A stretch of 56,985 nt of DNA from Candidatus Buchananbacteria bacterium RIFCSPHIGHO2_02_FULL_39_17 (GCA_001817425.1 MHII01000006.1:1-56985); one strand, 5' to 3'. Shown: positions 40,344-51,326, numbered from the stretch's first letter. Numbers and translations: made by a program. Notes: a model not told the origin generated them from the sequence alone.

Positions 40344-41375
40344 CTAGAATTGATTTAAAAATCTTAAATCGTTTTGGTAAAGCATCCTAATGTCTGGAAT
40401 GCTTAAACCGGCTTTCATTAGATAACATCTTTCCACGCCCCAACCGAAGGCAAAACCGGAATATTTTTTTGGATCAACTTTTCCGGCTTTTAAAACATTG
40501 GGGTGAATCATACCAGCGCCACCCAGTTCCAGCCAACCGGCTTTGCACATTTTACAACCCTGACCATCGCATAAACCACAAGAGACATCCACCTCAAAGC
40601 TCGGTTCAGTAAATTGAAAATGAGACGGCCGAATACGCGCCCGGCGGTTTGATCCAAAAAATTGTTTGACAAAATAATCAAGCGTGCCCTTTAAGTCAGC
40701 AATCGTCACTTGCTGATCAATCAAAAGTCCTTCAAACTGATGAAACATTGGCACATGCGAAATGTCAATTTGCCGGCGATAACATTTGGAAATATTAATC
40801 ATTCGTATCGGCAACTGCCCTTTTTCCATTTCCCTAACCTGCCCCGAGGAAGTATGAGGCGTCAAAATTCTCTGACCTTTTGGTCCAACCGGCTTTAGAT
40901 CAATAAAAAAAGTTTCCCATTCATCGCGGGCCGGATGATTGGGCGGCATATTTAATGATTCAAAAGCATACCACTCCCATTCCACTTCCGGATAACGGCG
41001 GCGGCTAAAACCGATTCGTTCAAAAATTTCAACAATTTCTTCAATGGCTTGAGTGACCAAATGCTTATGCCCTTCAGTTGGCTTAAGGCCCGGAACGGTG
41101 ACATCAAAAACTGCTGATTGACTGGCTTGATTTTTTAATAATTGAAAAACCTCTCTAATTTTTTGTGCCAACTCTTTTTTTAATTGATTAGCCAACACCC
41201 CAATTTCCTGCCGCTCGGTCACCGGCAAGTCCCTGAGTTGGCGCAAAATCTTGGTTAATTCGCCTGCCTTGCGACCCAAATATTTAATTTCAATTTTTTC
41301 CAAAGCAGTTAAATCAGAAATTTTCTCAATTTCATTAAAAAAATCATTTTTAAGTTGTTTAATTTTTTCCTTCAT
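40344..41375 (-). CDS. pheS: phenylalanyl-tRNA synthetase alpha subunit
   Basis: HPARDEWETF, HTSSGQ, FHQFEGL, FQFTEPSFE, GFAFGWGVER. Confidence 0.97.
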   Translation of the reverse strand: MKEKIKQLKNDFFNEIEKISDLTALEKIEIKYLGRKAGELTKILRQLRDLPVTERQEIGVLANQLKKELAQKIREVFQLLKNQASQSAVFDVTVPGLKPTEGHKHLVTQAIEEIVEIFERIGFSRRRYPEVEWEWYAFESLNMPPNHPARDEWETFFIDLKPVGPKGQRILTPHTSSGQVREMEKGQLPIRMINISKCYRRQIDISHVPMFHQFEGLLIDQQVTIADLKGTLDYFVKQFFGSNRRARIRPSHFQFTEPSFEVDVSCGLCDGQGCKMCKAGWLELGGAGMIHPNVLKAGKVDPKKYSGFAFGWGVERCYLMKAGLSIPDIRMLYQNDLRFLNQF

Positions 41376-41760
41376 AAATCGTTTTTGGTTTTTGCAAAGA
41401 AATAAAGAAAAATTCTAAAGCAGTCAAAATGAGAATAAATAAAATTAAAACCCACCATCTTAAAAGTTTTTGACTTTTTAAAAAAGCCCAGCCGGTTAAG
41501 ATTAACGAGAAAAAAATGGCATGCCGAATTGAAGTCCGAACCCGCTGATACCAAAGCTGATTTTTTAAAATTTTTTTCTTCAGCCAATCGCTAATTAAAA
41601 AAATCAGCCCAGCCAAAGTAAAAAATAAGCTTAAATAAAAAAGTAAAAAAGTAAAAAAACTAATCTGGTTGGGGTCAAAATTAGCTAAAATGAATACCAA
41701 GTTAAATCCAGAAAATACAGTGCCTAAAATAATCAACAAAAAAAATATTTTTAAACTCAT
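41359..41760 (-). CDS. four-TM membrane protein
   Basis: Hydrophobic ORF overlapping the pheS start. Confidence 0.65.
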   Translation of the reverse strand: MSLKIFFLLIILGTVFSGFNLVFILANFDPNQISFFTFLLFYLSLFFTLAGLIFLISDWLKKKILKNQLWYQRVRTSIRHAIFFSLILTGWAFLKSQKLLRWWVLILFILILTALEFFFISLQKPKTIYEGKN

Positions 41761-41829
41761 AGACTTATTTATTATACCAAACAAATCTGCTCCTGACAAT
41801 CCAACTTAAACCAATAAAATCAAGAAAAT

Positions 41830-44800
41830 TTAAAGGTTGCTTAAATCCCGGTTAAAACAAGTGCAATCCGAGGCCTTGGCCGGCCAAGGATATTGATAGA
41901 TATCGTTAATAGTTTTGATAATTTTTTGTTTTAAAGAATTTAAGTCTTTCTCTGTCCCCAAAAAAGAATACTTTTTGTCTTCAGCCAAATAGTAATAAGA
42001 AAGTTTTTCAATTTTTTCTTTAAGATACATTTCCGCCGCCAATTGATAAATCAATAACTGTTCTTTATCCTCGGCTGATAACTCCCGGCCATTTTTTCCC
42101 TCGCCTGTCTTGTAGTCAATAATTTCAAGGCCATTATTGAGCGGATCAATCCGATCAATTTTACCGGTAATAAAATAATTTTGCGAATCTTTTTTGTCAG
42201 TAATCACTAAATTAAAAGGGGCTTCAAGATACTTCGGCTGAATTGGCGCTTTTTGATACTCTTGATAAAAAATTTTGAGCATTTTTTTGCCCTTGGCCTT
42301 ATATTCATCGTGGCGCTGACGCGTCTGATACCAATCATCAATCCAAATTTTTTCATAAATTGCGATTAGCTCATCAAAAGTCATTTTGGGCTTCTGATCT
42401 CTAATCTCTAATTTCTGATCTCTGATCTTATCACTGAATAGATCAATTTGCTTGATTTCTGACCGCTGTTTAATCTGAAGAAAAAACTGAAGCAAGGTAT
42501 TATGAATTGATGAACCAAAAGAAAAAATGTCTTTTCCTTTTTGGGGAATTTTTAAAATATATTCCAACCAATAGTGATAAGGACAATTTTTAAACGCGCT
42601 CAGTTGAGTGTAGGAAAATTTCTTGGGCAAAAGATAATTAATGTCTTCGGCGCTGATTTGTCGGTTGCTATTTTCCGTCGTTAATTGGCGAGGCCTTAAT
42701 TTTTTGTCAGCTGAAACAACGGCGGCTTGATCAAGCGGCAAACCAAAATTTTCTAGTTCCATTAAAAACCGGGATAATTTCTTTTTGCGCGCCCCGCCGT
42801 AATCCGCGGCGGAAGTAAAAAATAGTCCCCGCCGCGCTCGCGTCATAGCGACATAAAACAAACGGCGCTCTTCCTGGAGATGGATATCGCCTTGCGGTAA
42901 AATTTCTTTGATTAAAGCGTCAGGCAAACTAATTAAATCCGGCCGGTCATCGCTTGGAAACCGGCGATCAACCAAATTAACCAGCCAAACATACTTAAAT
43001 TCCAAGCCCTTGGCCGCATGGACGGTCATCACTTTAAGCGCCTCTGGCCCTTCATCTAAATTTTGAGTTAAGCTGCCGGTTTCACCGGCTTCCAGCTCAA
43101 AATTGATTAAGGCCAAAAAATTTTTGACATTTGGTTCAATGGTTTCTTTTTCAAACTCTTTAATTTTTTGGTAAAACTGGTTTAAATAGCTGGTTTGGGC
43201 AATCATGGCTAAATTTTGCTGGCCGGTTAAATAATTTAAATAGCCAGAATCTTCCAAAAAAGCCAACACGACCTCGCTCACATTTTTTTGTCGGGCAAGC
43301 TGACTGTGTTTTTCCACCCAACCGACAAATTTACGAATTTTTTCTTTCACTTCCGGTATTGATTGGTTAATCACTTCCGTTTGCGGTAAAGTGGCAAAAA
43401 GAGAATAACCCTTGCGCCGCGACCAATAATTAAGCTGGACGATGGTTTTGTCATCAAGACCGATGACTGGTGAATTTAAAATCCGATAAACCGCGCGGCT
43501 TTCATGGTAATCATCAAGCAAACGCAAATAAGCTAAAATATCCAAAATCACCGGCTTGGTGTAAAGCCCGCGGGAAGCCAAAAAGCGGTGGGGAATTTGG
43601 GTTTGGCTTAAAACTTGGGAAAACCAATTCGCCGCTTCATTCGTTCTCGCTAAAATGGCAAAATCATTCCAGCTCGCTTTTTCATCTTTACTTTTTAGTT
43701 CCGCGACTTGTTCCAAAACGCCGCGGATTTCCTCGTCGCCACTAATAAAATGATAATGCTTAATGCCGCCCTTTTCTGTTGTTTCTGCGATTAATTTTTT
43801 ACTTAAAATTTTTCCCGTCTCGTCTTTTTCTTTGGCTAACTTAACTTCCAAACGATGGGGATTATTTTGAGTAATGAATTGATAAGCTAAATCCAAAATA
43901 TTTTGGGTTGACCGGTAATTTTTGGTTAAAAATATTTCGGCTGATTTCGGATAGTCTTTTTTAAATTCCAAAATATTGGAAATAGAGGCGCCGCGAAATT
44001 TATAAATTGACTGGTCATCATCGCCCACCACCGTAATATTATTTTTCGGCGCGGCCAAAAGCTTCACCAGCTCATATTGGGCATAATTAGTGTCCTGAAA
44101 TTCATCAACCAAAATGTATTTAAACTTCTGGCGGTATTTGGCTAAAATTGCCGGCCGGTTCTGGAATAATTCCAGAGAATAATTGATTAAATCGCCAAAA
44201 TCCAAGGCATTATTTTCCAGCAACAACTGCTGATAGACGTGAAAGGCGTTAGCCACTTCTTCAGTTTTTTGAATTTCCTGGGCTAAAAACTCTTTTCTTT
44301 CTTTTTTCGTCAAGGCTTTAATCGTCTCGGGATCTAGAAAATTTTTGATAAAATCGCTTGAATCGGCATTTAATTTCAAATTTTTGGCATAGGCTAAATA
44401 ATCTTTTGGCGTCACTAATTCATCTTTGGCGCGGGAAAAGAGCTTAACTAAAGCGTGAATAAATTTGGTCGGATTACCAAGTGGCCGATAAAAATCTAAA
44501 TCAAACTTTTCTAAATTCTGCCGGACAATCAGCCACTGTTGGGTTTGGTCAAAAATTTTAAAATCATTAGGCAAGCCGATTTCTAAGGCGTGCTGTTTTA
44601 AAATTTTTTCGGCAAAAGAATGAAAAGTCAAAATCCACAAATCAGTGTAGCCGTAAGGTAAAACCAAATCCACCCGCTCTTCCATTTCCGCCGCGGCTTT
44701 GTCGGTAAAAGTCAAGGCTAAAATTTCATCCGGCTTGCATTTTTCCTGCTCAATCAGCCAGCCGATTCTTTGGGTAATAACTGTAGTTTTGCCCGTGCCA

Positions 44801-44889
44801 GCACCCGCCACGATTAAAAGCGGCCCCCCTTCGTGGACCACTGCTCTCTTTTGCTCTGGATTTAAATTTTTGATATTTAATTCTGGCAT
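41830..44889 (-). CDS. UvrD/PcrA-like helicase with C-terminal PD-(D/E)XK nuclease
   Basis: AGAGTGKT, VDEFQDTN, VGDDDQSIY, TVHAAKGLEF, EERRLFYVAMTRAR, then GKIDRID...IIDYKTG. Confidence 0.92.
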   Translation of the reverse strand: MPELNIKNLNPEQKRAVVHEGGPLLIVAGAGTGKTTVITQRIGWLIEQEKCKPDEILALTFTDKAAAEMEERVDLVLPYGYTDLWILTFHSFAEKILKQHALEIGLPNDFKIFDQTQQWLIVRQNLEKFDLDFYRPLGNPTKFIHALVKLFSRAKDELVTPKDYLAYAKNLKLNADSSDFIKNFLDPETIKALTKKERKEFLAQEIQKTEEVANAFHVYQQLLLENNALDFGDLINYSLELFQNRPAILAKYRQKFKYILVDEFQDTNYAQYELVKLLAAPKNNITVVGDDDQSIYKFRGASISNILEFKKDYPKSAEIFLTKNYRSTQNILDLAYQFITQNNPHRLEVKLAKEKDETGKILSKKLIAETTEKGGIKHYHFISGDEEIRGVLEQVAELKSKDEKASWNDFAILARTNEAANWFSQVLSQTQIPHRFLASRGLYTKPVILDILAYLRLLDDYHESRAVYRILNSPVIGLDDKTIVQLNYWSRRKGYSLFATLPQTEVINQSIPEVKEKIRKFVGWVEKHSQLARQKNVSEVVLAFLEDSGYLNYLTGQQNLAMIAQTSYLNQFYQKIKEFEKETIEPNVKNFLALINFELEAGETGSLTQNLDEGPEALKVMTVHAAKGLEFKYVWLVNLVDRRFPSDDRPDLISLPDALIKEILPQGDIHLQEERRLFYVAMTRARRGLFFTSAADYGGARKKKLSRFLMELENFGLPLDQAAVVSADKKLRPRQLTTENSNRQISAEDINYLLPKKFSYTQLSAFKNCPYHYWLEYILKIPQKGKDIFSFGSSIHNTLLQFFLQIKQRSEIKQIDLFSDKIRDQKLEIRDQKPKMTFDELIAIYEKIWIDDWYQTRQRHDEYKAKGKKMLKIFYQEYQKAPIQPKYLEAPFNLVITDKKDSQNYFITGKIDRIDPLNNGLEIIDYKTGEGKNGRELSAEDKEQLLIYQLAAEMYLKEKIEKLSYYYLAEDKKYSFLGTEKDLNSLKQKIIKTINDIYQYPWPAKASDCTCFNRDLSNL

Positions 44890-45209
44890 GAAACTTTTTT
44901 TCTTGCCCCGCACTAATTCCAAATATTAATTGGGTTTAAAAAAATGTAAGCCATAGGCGATTTCGCGCGAAATTAACAAAAAATAAAGTGGGGCTATTCG
45001 CGGAATTTAGTGCGTGGTGCTCGTCATTCAAACTTTTCAAATTCAATTCCATAGATATACTTTAGCATAAAAACATGATTAATTTAAGGGTTATTTTTAA
45101 CATTCGCATGTGCACATTCGTAGTGCGCTTTCGCATACAAAAAATCCGCTTTCGGTCTTCGTGAAAACAAAGAATTCCGAAAGCGGATTGGGAGTTGAAG
45201 TTTACCCTC

Positions 45210-46805
45210 CTAAGCGGCCAAAAGTTTTTGACCAGCTTCGCCTGCCACCCGGGTGGGAATTCCCAAATGCAGACAGGTGGCGATCAATTCCGGCAAAATA
45301 TCGCCGTAACCGATGGTAATGTGATTGCTCATATGAGTTGCCATCAGCTGATCTCGGTCATAGCCCGGAATATGGACATTGGCAATCGGCCAAACATTTG
45401 TTGTCTGATCCAGCCGATTTTTGACCTCGATGTCGGGCATCTCTATGACTTCACCGATGCCGCAATCCATGCCGATTTGACCAAAACTCTCATAGAAACG
45501 CGCCCAAGTAATGGTGCCGGGTTTAGAAACCCCAGAACAAGTACCGCCGCCCTTAGGAAAATACATCTTGGGCTGGCGATAAATCTTGGTTTTCTCCCAG
45601 CCGCCGAAATGAGCTGGTGGCGCTGCGCCGGAAATCTCAAAAACCCAGACGAATCGGCCGTCATAATCCTTGCCGTACCGAACATCATGAAGCGTGGTTT
45701 CTGTCGGCATACCCTTGAGCTTATAAATATCATGCATTAGGATTTGCGGCACGCCAGAGCCAACATCACCCTCGTTAAAGTGAGGAACCGCTTGATTAAG
45801 TCGAATGGCTCTACCGGTTTCCGGATCCACGATAATTGGCCGATCTTCGTTGTTCAACATTCCTTCAACTAAATCTGACGCCGGGACACATCGTACCAAA
45901 CCAAGCTGGTATGGAATGCCAATCGCAGCTAAACCATAACGTTGAACAAACCGTCCGGCCGCCGAATACATCTTCATTTGAGACATCACCATCGCTTCTG
46001 TTAACTGTTCATCGGGATTATTGCCCCAATCAAACCAAACATTATTACCTTTCAACCAGTCGAAGTGCCCGGTGGCCTCTTCGTCACTGACCAGCTCCAT
46101 CTCGGCTAAAAGGTCAGACTGATTCAGTAATTCAAGGGGCATACCAATGCCTGCCAAATTGCCAAGATCCATGACCGCGTTCAACATACCCATACAGCCA
46201 GGATCCAATTGGCCGAGAATACGCTTGTAGCGCAAAATATCAACGGCCAGCTTTTCACCAAAATGATCAGCCGCTCTTGATAAAGTCAGATCTCTTCCGT
46301 CAATGAGATGGTCTTTTTTATAGCTGATTGAGCCAGCGGTAACCCAGTGGCTAAGCCGCTTCATGAAAATCGGATCATCACCAAAATTCTTGCTCCACAA
46401 CCGGGAATACTTAACTCCCAGCCGGTCCAAAGTGCCAGCGTGGTTAAGTAAGGCCACCAGCCCGGGCCAAGTCCCGTCGAAATTCGCGATGAGCACAATC
46501 GGACCACGGTGGGTCTTAAGGCAAGTGCAAACATGATGAGCATACGCCCAGCAACTAAGCACAATCACGACTGGCGCTTCAGGAGGTATCTGGGCAAAAA
46601 TTGCCGCACCTTCACATTGCTTGGTGACAAAACCGTGTTTGCGGTCCGGATTGAATTCCGGCAAAACTTTGGTTTTAACACTAAGCTTCTTAAAAGCGGC
46701 TTGGACCGCCCGTAAAGTTTCTTGATGCTTTGGCCAGCAAACCACACCAGCTGAGTCTCGAAAATCACCGTTTGACACCAAATAAACCGTTTTCTTGTTT
46801 CCCAT
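45210..46805 (-). CDS. L-fucose/L-arabinose isomerase-like protein
   Basis: ANFDGTWPGLVALLN, GCMGMLNA, HFNEGDV, TTLHDVRYG, SNHITIGY resemble the fucose-isomerase superfamily. Confidence 0.65.
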   Translation of the reverse strand: MGNKKTVYLVSNGDFRDSAGVVCWPKHQETLRAVQAAFKKLSVKTKVLPEFNPDRKHGFVTKQCEGAAIFAQIPPEAPVVIVLSCWAYAHHVCTCLKTHRGPIVLIANFDGTWPGLVALLNHAGTLDRLGVKYSRLWSKNFGDDPIFMKRLSHWVTAGSISYKKDHLIDGRDLTLSRAADHFGEKLAVDILRYKRILGQLDPGCMGMLNAVMDLGNLAGIGMPLELLNQSDLLAEMELVSDEEATGHFDWLKGNNVWFDWGNNPDEQLTEAMVMSQMKMYSAAGRFVQRYGLAAIGIPYQLGLVRCVPASDLVEGMLNNEDRPIIVDPETGRAIRLNQAVPHFNEGDVGSGVPQILMHDIYKLKGMPTETTLHDVRYGKDYDGRFVWVFEISGAAPPAHFGGWEKTKIYRQPKMYFPKGGGTCSGVSKPGTITWARFYESFGQIGMDCGIGEVIEMPDIEVKNRLDQTTNVWPIANVHIPGYDRDQLMATHMSNHITIGYGDILPELIATCLHLGIPTRVAGEAGQKLLAA

Positions 46806-47108
46806 TCAAACTTTCTCCTTTCTGCCAAACCCAGTTTCTATAGATCCCTATATCAAAAATTGGAAAGGAACAGCCCCTCCAAAAACTACCCCCTATCTTA
46901 ACCAATCACTAATAAAAAGTCAAGGTTATTAATTTTTCTTATTATTTATCCTTGATTTATCATACTAATATATTAATATGTTAATATATTAATTTATTAA
47001 TATAAAAAAATAAATAAAAAACCCGCTCTGATATTTTCATACCAAAACGGGCAAAATTCAAATAACAAATCACCAACGCGAATAGCACCACCGAGCGGCA
47101 CGACGAGA

Positions 47109-47252
47109 CTAAGGCTCAAAGACGTTTATGCCTAAACGCGCGGCTTCGGCCTTATCTTGTGCCAAACGTCTCTGCCGGTTTCTTTTCTTGTGCGCCGAAG
47201 CCCGGAGCTGATTTGGCGTGCCCTGACTTTTTCGACCACGATTATTGTCCAT
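47109..47252 (-). CDS. 47-aa basic peptide
   Basis: AAGGAGGG RBS before MDNNRGRKSQG...; overlaps the upstream small ORF. Confidence 0.45.
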   Translation of the reverse strand: MDNNRGRKSQGTPNQLRASAHKKRNRQRRLAQDKAEAARLGINVFEP

Positions 47253-47409
47253 CTCGCCCTCCTTGTTTAGCTTGCCAAGCCGTGCAGCATCGGCAAAGCA
47301 TCCCGCTATTTCTCCGCGTCTTTTCACAGGCGCGGCTGCCAGGTTGATTATTGCATCTTTTGGGCTTGCCGGGAACGCGGCTCTGATGTTGTCCGTGTTT
47401 TCCACTCAT
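47242..47409 (-). CDS. 55-aa Cys-containing basic peptide
   Basis: AAAGGAGA RBS at the pyrF end; MSGKHGQHQSRVPGKPKRC...LCRCCTAW. Confidence 0.4.
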   Translation of the reverse strand: MSGKHGQHQSRVPGKPKRCNNQPGSRACEKTRRNSGMLCRCCTAWQAKQGGRDGQ

Positions 47410-47424
47410 GCCATCATCTCTCCT

Positions 47425-48297
47425 TTATAGGTAAGAGGGTGATGAACTCGGTGCAATTGATTGAGCCGAAACCACCACTAATGCCTTGTTAATCTGATCG
47501 CGCAATTCTTCGGCTTTTTTGGCCGCGACTTCAGCGAAATCCCGGCCGCGCGAGGCATGAATAATCCCGCTGGAGGAGTTAATGACGTAAAGATATTTGC
47601 CGGCATTGGTCAGGGTTTTTTTTAAATCACCTTTTTGTGTGCCAATGCCCGGAATCAGCATCAAGCAGTCATCTGGCACATTCCCGTCAAGTTCCTTTAA
47701 TTGATCCGGAAAGGTCGCACCCATAACAATGCCCACGGCCGCGGTTTCAGGCGTTTTAAGTTTGGTCGCTGCAGCGGCTATAATCACAAACAGCCCCACA
47801 TTAAAAGGATGCGGCTGGGCTTCCTGAAATTCCCGCGCACCTTCGTTTGAAGTATGAGACAAAACCAAAATCGCATGCTTTGGGCCCCACTTCAGAAATG
47901 GTACGAGCGTATCAGTTCCAAGATAAGCATTGACCGTCACGGCATCAGCGCCATAGCGTTCAAAAGCGGCCCGGGCATATTTCTCTGCGGTTCTGCCGAT
48001 GTCGCCGTATTTAGCGTCCAAAATCACGGGCAATCCGTGTTCGTGCTTGATGAAACGAATCAATTTTGCCAGTTCGTTTTCCGCGCCAATCGCCGCCCAA
48101 AAACCCAGATTCGGTTTAAAAACACAGGCAAATTTGGCAGTGGCTTCAACGATTCTGGTCGCAAAATTAAGCAAACCGCCGGGTGAATAATCTACGCCTT
48201 CAGGCCACTTTTCGTCGTCAGGATCAATGCCGATGCAAACATGAGATTGACGCTCATGCTGAATCTCTCGCAAACGTTGTTCAAAACTTTCACTCAT
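47425..48297 (-). CDS. pyrF: orotidine-5'-phosphate decarboxylase
   Basis: CIGIDP, FKPNLGFW, ILDAKYGDIGRT, LIPGIGTQKG, INSSSGII. Confidence 0.95.
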   Translation of the reverse strand: MSESFEQRLREIQHERQSHVCIGIDPDDEKWPEGVDYSPGGLLNFATRIVEATAKFACVFKPNLGFWAAIGAENELAKLIRFIKHEHGLPVILDAKYGDIGRTAEKYARAAFERYGADAVTVNAYLGTDTLVPFLKWGPKHAILVLSHTSNEGAREFQEAQPHPFNVGLFVIIAAAATKLKTPETAAVGIVMGATFPDQLKELDGNVPDDCLMLIPGIGTQKGDLKKTLTNAGKYLYVINSSSGIIHASRGRDFAEVAAKKAEELRDQINKALVVVSAQSIAPSSSPSYL

Positions 48298-48345
48298 CTA
48301 TTATTCCTCCTTTCCTCTTGACTTGATGCTTTTACTCCAACAAGA

Positions 48346-49080
48346 TTACGCTGCGGTTGTTAATTCGGCCCAGCCCTCCGGCGTATTAGGCCTGATGGCT
48401 TTAGAGCCAAGCGCACATAACGGGCAATCATCTTTCCAGCTTTTAATTTCGTACCTGACCATCGGTAGAATCTGGACACCGTCAACCGCAGCCTCTCGGA
48501 CCGTACGCCGATCCACAACCAAAGGCAGAAACGGAATGAATTCTGTTTCAGGGTTAGCTTCCTGAAAACCCGCCGTGACTAAACGGAAAGTCTTAGCCGT
48601 GGTCATTAGTTCTTCAACCCGAAGAACTTTTGTTCCAGCCGGCATCTTTGGTCCCGTGTATTTCTGCTTTTCAACTTCCTCGCCGCATTCTTTAACCGTG
48701 ACTTTGTGCATCGGATAGACGCGCGCGCCAAACAGACGGCCAACCGCATAAGCAAGATTGAGAGAAGCCGTATCCGAACCAATGACACAGTCAACCGAAC
48801 CCTTATGGCATGACCGCAGAAGGGCAACGAGCTGTGCCGCCAAGACATCGCAGAGATTGGTCATTGACATAACAATCCTTAAATTGACAAAACCAGTGCT
48901 GCAATCTCCAGCTGTCAATTTAGCATGAGGCACTTCAGCCCGAAATTCACCCGGATAAAGCCAAAGTGAATTTGTGGCCTGAATGATTGCCGTGACATCA
49001 TCCGGCGACAAAGGGCCACTGAACGAACCGACCTGCAACTTAATCAGTTCTTCACTTGAAACTCCAGCAAGTAATCCCAT
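48346..49080 (-). CDS. pyrE: orotate phosphoribosyltransferase, divergent
   Basis: HAKLTAGDCSTGFVN, PRPP loop variant VEELMTTAKT, C-terminal CPLC..GSKAIRP; upstream of pyrF. Confidence 0.8.
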   Translation of the reverse strand: MGLLAGVSSEELIKLQVGSFSGPLSPDDVTAIIQATNSLWLYPGEFRAEVPHAKLTAGDCSTGFVNLRIVMSMTNLCDVLAAQLVALLRSCHKGSVDCVIGSDTASLNLAYAVGRLFGARVYPMHKVTVKECGEEVEKQKYTGPKMPAGTKVLRVEELMTTAKTFRLVTAGFQEANPETEFIPFLPLVVDRRTVREAAVDGVQILPMVRYEIKSWKDDCPLCALGSKAIRPNTPEGWAELTTAA

Positions 49081-49929
49081 AAGCTATTTCTCCCTCAGTT
49101 CAGAATGACACGTAAAAATTGGAAGGAACACCCCTCCAAAACTGTACTCATTTTAACTAATATTAAAAATAAGTCAAGACAAATATTAAAAAAGGCGATT
49201 CCAAAACTCGGAATCGCCGCAGAGGAGCCATTAGGCCTTCTCGGACGCTAGTCATATCCAATTTTCATATTTTTGGTATCTTTTTCCAGCATTAAACGAT
49301 TAGACCCGCCAAATGGTTTCAAATCAAACTCACCGTCTCTCTAAAATTTTATCAGTATTGCCTTGGGAGAAAAGACCGACAAACCGAGTCAGGCGAATCT
49401 GATCTGCCGCGTCAAATCAAATCTCTCCCTCAAGCGTCTAAGCTTAAAAGCGTTATACCTCCAGGATTTCCCTTTGGCATCAGCAGATTAAGCCAGTGCC
49501 TGACGGCTTGATTCCCTCTCACTCAACTTCCTGACATTTGGCACTAAATAATTTATCATATTAAAAAATAAAGTCAATCCTCATGGGATAATAGATATGT
49601 CTTGTTAAATTCTCTAAACTCAATCAAAACCAAAACGTTTTAAATTCCAAATCTCAAATCACAAATCCCAAATAAATTCCAATAACCAAATTCAAAATAT
49701 TTTAATATTTGAAAATTGAAATTTTAAATTTATTTGGAGCTTGAAATTTAGCGCTTGGTGCTTATTATTCGCTTATAGCAAGCTCCTCTAAACCATAACC
49801 GAAATTTGAAAGATAAGGCCACTTCTAAAAAAGCTCCTAATAGCAGCACTCGCTAGCCGGCAAGCCCGAGCCGCAAGGGCAATCATCCCTTAAACGGGGC
49901 ATATTTGAATAAATCCTAAATTCTAATAT

Positions 49930-50727
49930 CTAAACTCTAAATAATTTTTTGGCATTAATCGCGGTTTGCTCCGCAATTTTATTGTAATCAATTTTTTTTA
50001 TCTGGGCAATTTTTTCCACGACATAACGGACATATTGAGGCTGATTGCGTTTGCCCCGAAAAGGGACGGGTGCCAAATACGGCGAATCAGTTTCAACCAA
50101 AATTGAATCAAGTGACAATTGATCTATAGTTTCAGCGAGTTGTTCAGTCTGATCAAACGTAATAACCCCAGTAAAACCAACACAAAAACCTAATTTAATA
50201 AATGCCATTGCCTCATCTTTAGTCCCACCAAAACAATGAATCACTCCCCTAATCTCTGATCTCTGATCTCTGATCACTTTGATTATTTCCTGATAAGCAT
50301 TTTTTTTACCATCACGACTATTTCGGGCATGAATAACAACCGGCAGATTAAATGCTTGGGCTAAATTAATATGCTCAATAAAAATTTCTTTTTGCTTTTC
50401 AAAATTTTTGTCGTCATGAAAAAAATCAATGCCCGTCTCACCGATGGCGACAATTTTTTTTGATGCCTCAATTAATTGCCGATATTGTTCTCGGTCAAAT
50501 TTTTCCGGATGGAATTTACTGCCTAAAACATGGATTGGATGCAAACCAACGGCCGCATAAACTCCGACTTCAAAATTGTTACTAATCTCAACTGCCTTTT
50601 TGCTGGTTTCAAACTGGGAACCAACATTAGCCACCCAAACATTTTGTTTCTGGCAATCATCAATGATTTGTCGCCAATCATTTTCAAATTCTTGAAAATT
50701 AAGATGAGCGTGGGAATCAAAAAGCAT
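49930..50727 (-). CDS. tatD: TatD family nuclease
   Basis: FDSHAHL, GLHP, IGETGIDF, VIHCF, ETDSPYLAP. Confidence 0.95.
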   Translation of the reverse strand: MLFDSHAHLNFQEFENDWRQIIDDCQKQNVWVANVGSQFETSKKAVEISNNFEVGVYAAVGLHPIHVLGSKFHPEKFDREQYRQLIEASKKIVAIGETGIDFFHDDKNFEKQKEIFIEHINLAQAFNLPVVIHARNSRDGKKNAYQEIIKVIRDQRSEIRGVIHCFGGTKDEAMAFIKLGFCVGFTGVITFDQTEQLAETIDQLSLDSILVETDSPYLAPVPFRGKRNQPQYVRYVVEKIAQIKKIDYNKIAEQTAINAKKLFRV

Positions 50728-50732
50728 ATTTT

Positions 50733-51251
50733 TTAGATAGCCTCTTTCACTTGCCTGGCGATTTCTGGCAGAAGTGGCATTAAAACACCGGCAATTACCA
50801 TTAGCCAACCAGCGACTTGTGAGCCATTAATCACATGGCTTAACCAATCAGAACCCGTAGCCTGAGAAATAAAAATTAGAATTAATCCTAAAGCCAAAGT
50901 TCCTTCAACCAAACCCAAAAACGCACCCAAAAGCCGATTAATCATTTTAGTGAAAGGAATAATTGAAACCAAATGAAAAATTTTTCCAATCAACCAAAAA
51001 ACGATACCCACGCCTCGATTAACTATAGTAAAAAGCAAAATAAAAGAAATAATCTCGGCGGTTGTTTGCTGGCCAAGCAAAATCGGGCTAAGCCAACTGC
51101 TTAACGGCGAATAATAGTTTGCCGCTATCCAACCCCCGATCACGACTCCAACTAAAGCCCCTAAAGTATGGATAAAACCTAAAGCAAAGCCAAAAGCGAT
51201 GAAGAGAAATAAAATTAGAATTAAAATGAGATCTAAAATAGTGAGAAACAT
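50733..51251 (-). CDS. cvpA: CvpA family membrane protein
   Basis: LDLILI...GFALGFI...NRLLGAFLGLVEG. Confidence 0.85.
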   Translation of the reverse strand: MFLTILDLILILILFLFIAFGFALGFIHTLGALVGVVIGGWIAANYYSPLSSWLSPILLGQQTTAEIISFILLFTIVNRGVGIVFWLIGKIFHLVSIIPFTKMINRLLGAFLGLVEGTLALGLILIFISQATGSDWLSHVINGSQVAGWLMVIAGVLMPLLPEIARQVKEAI

Positions 51252-51326
51252 AGATTAAAAATTCAAAAGTCAAATCTCAAAAGTCAAAAGTTTTGAAGCC
51301 GCTTTCGGCGGCTAAATTTTGTTTGA

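Noticed and set aside
45195..46828. Multiple ORFs overlapping the isomerase-like gene
   Set aside because: Antisense or off-frame shadows of a GC-rich coding region.
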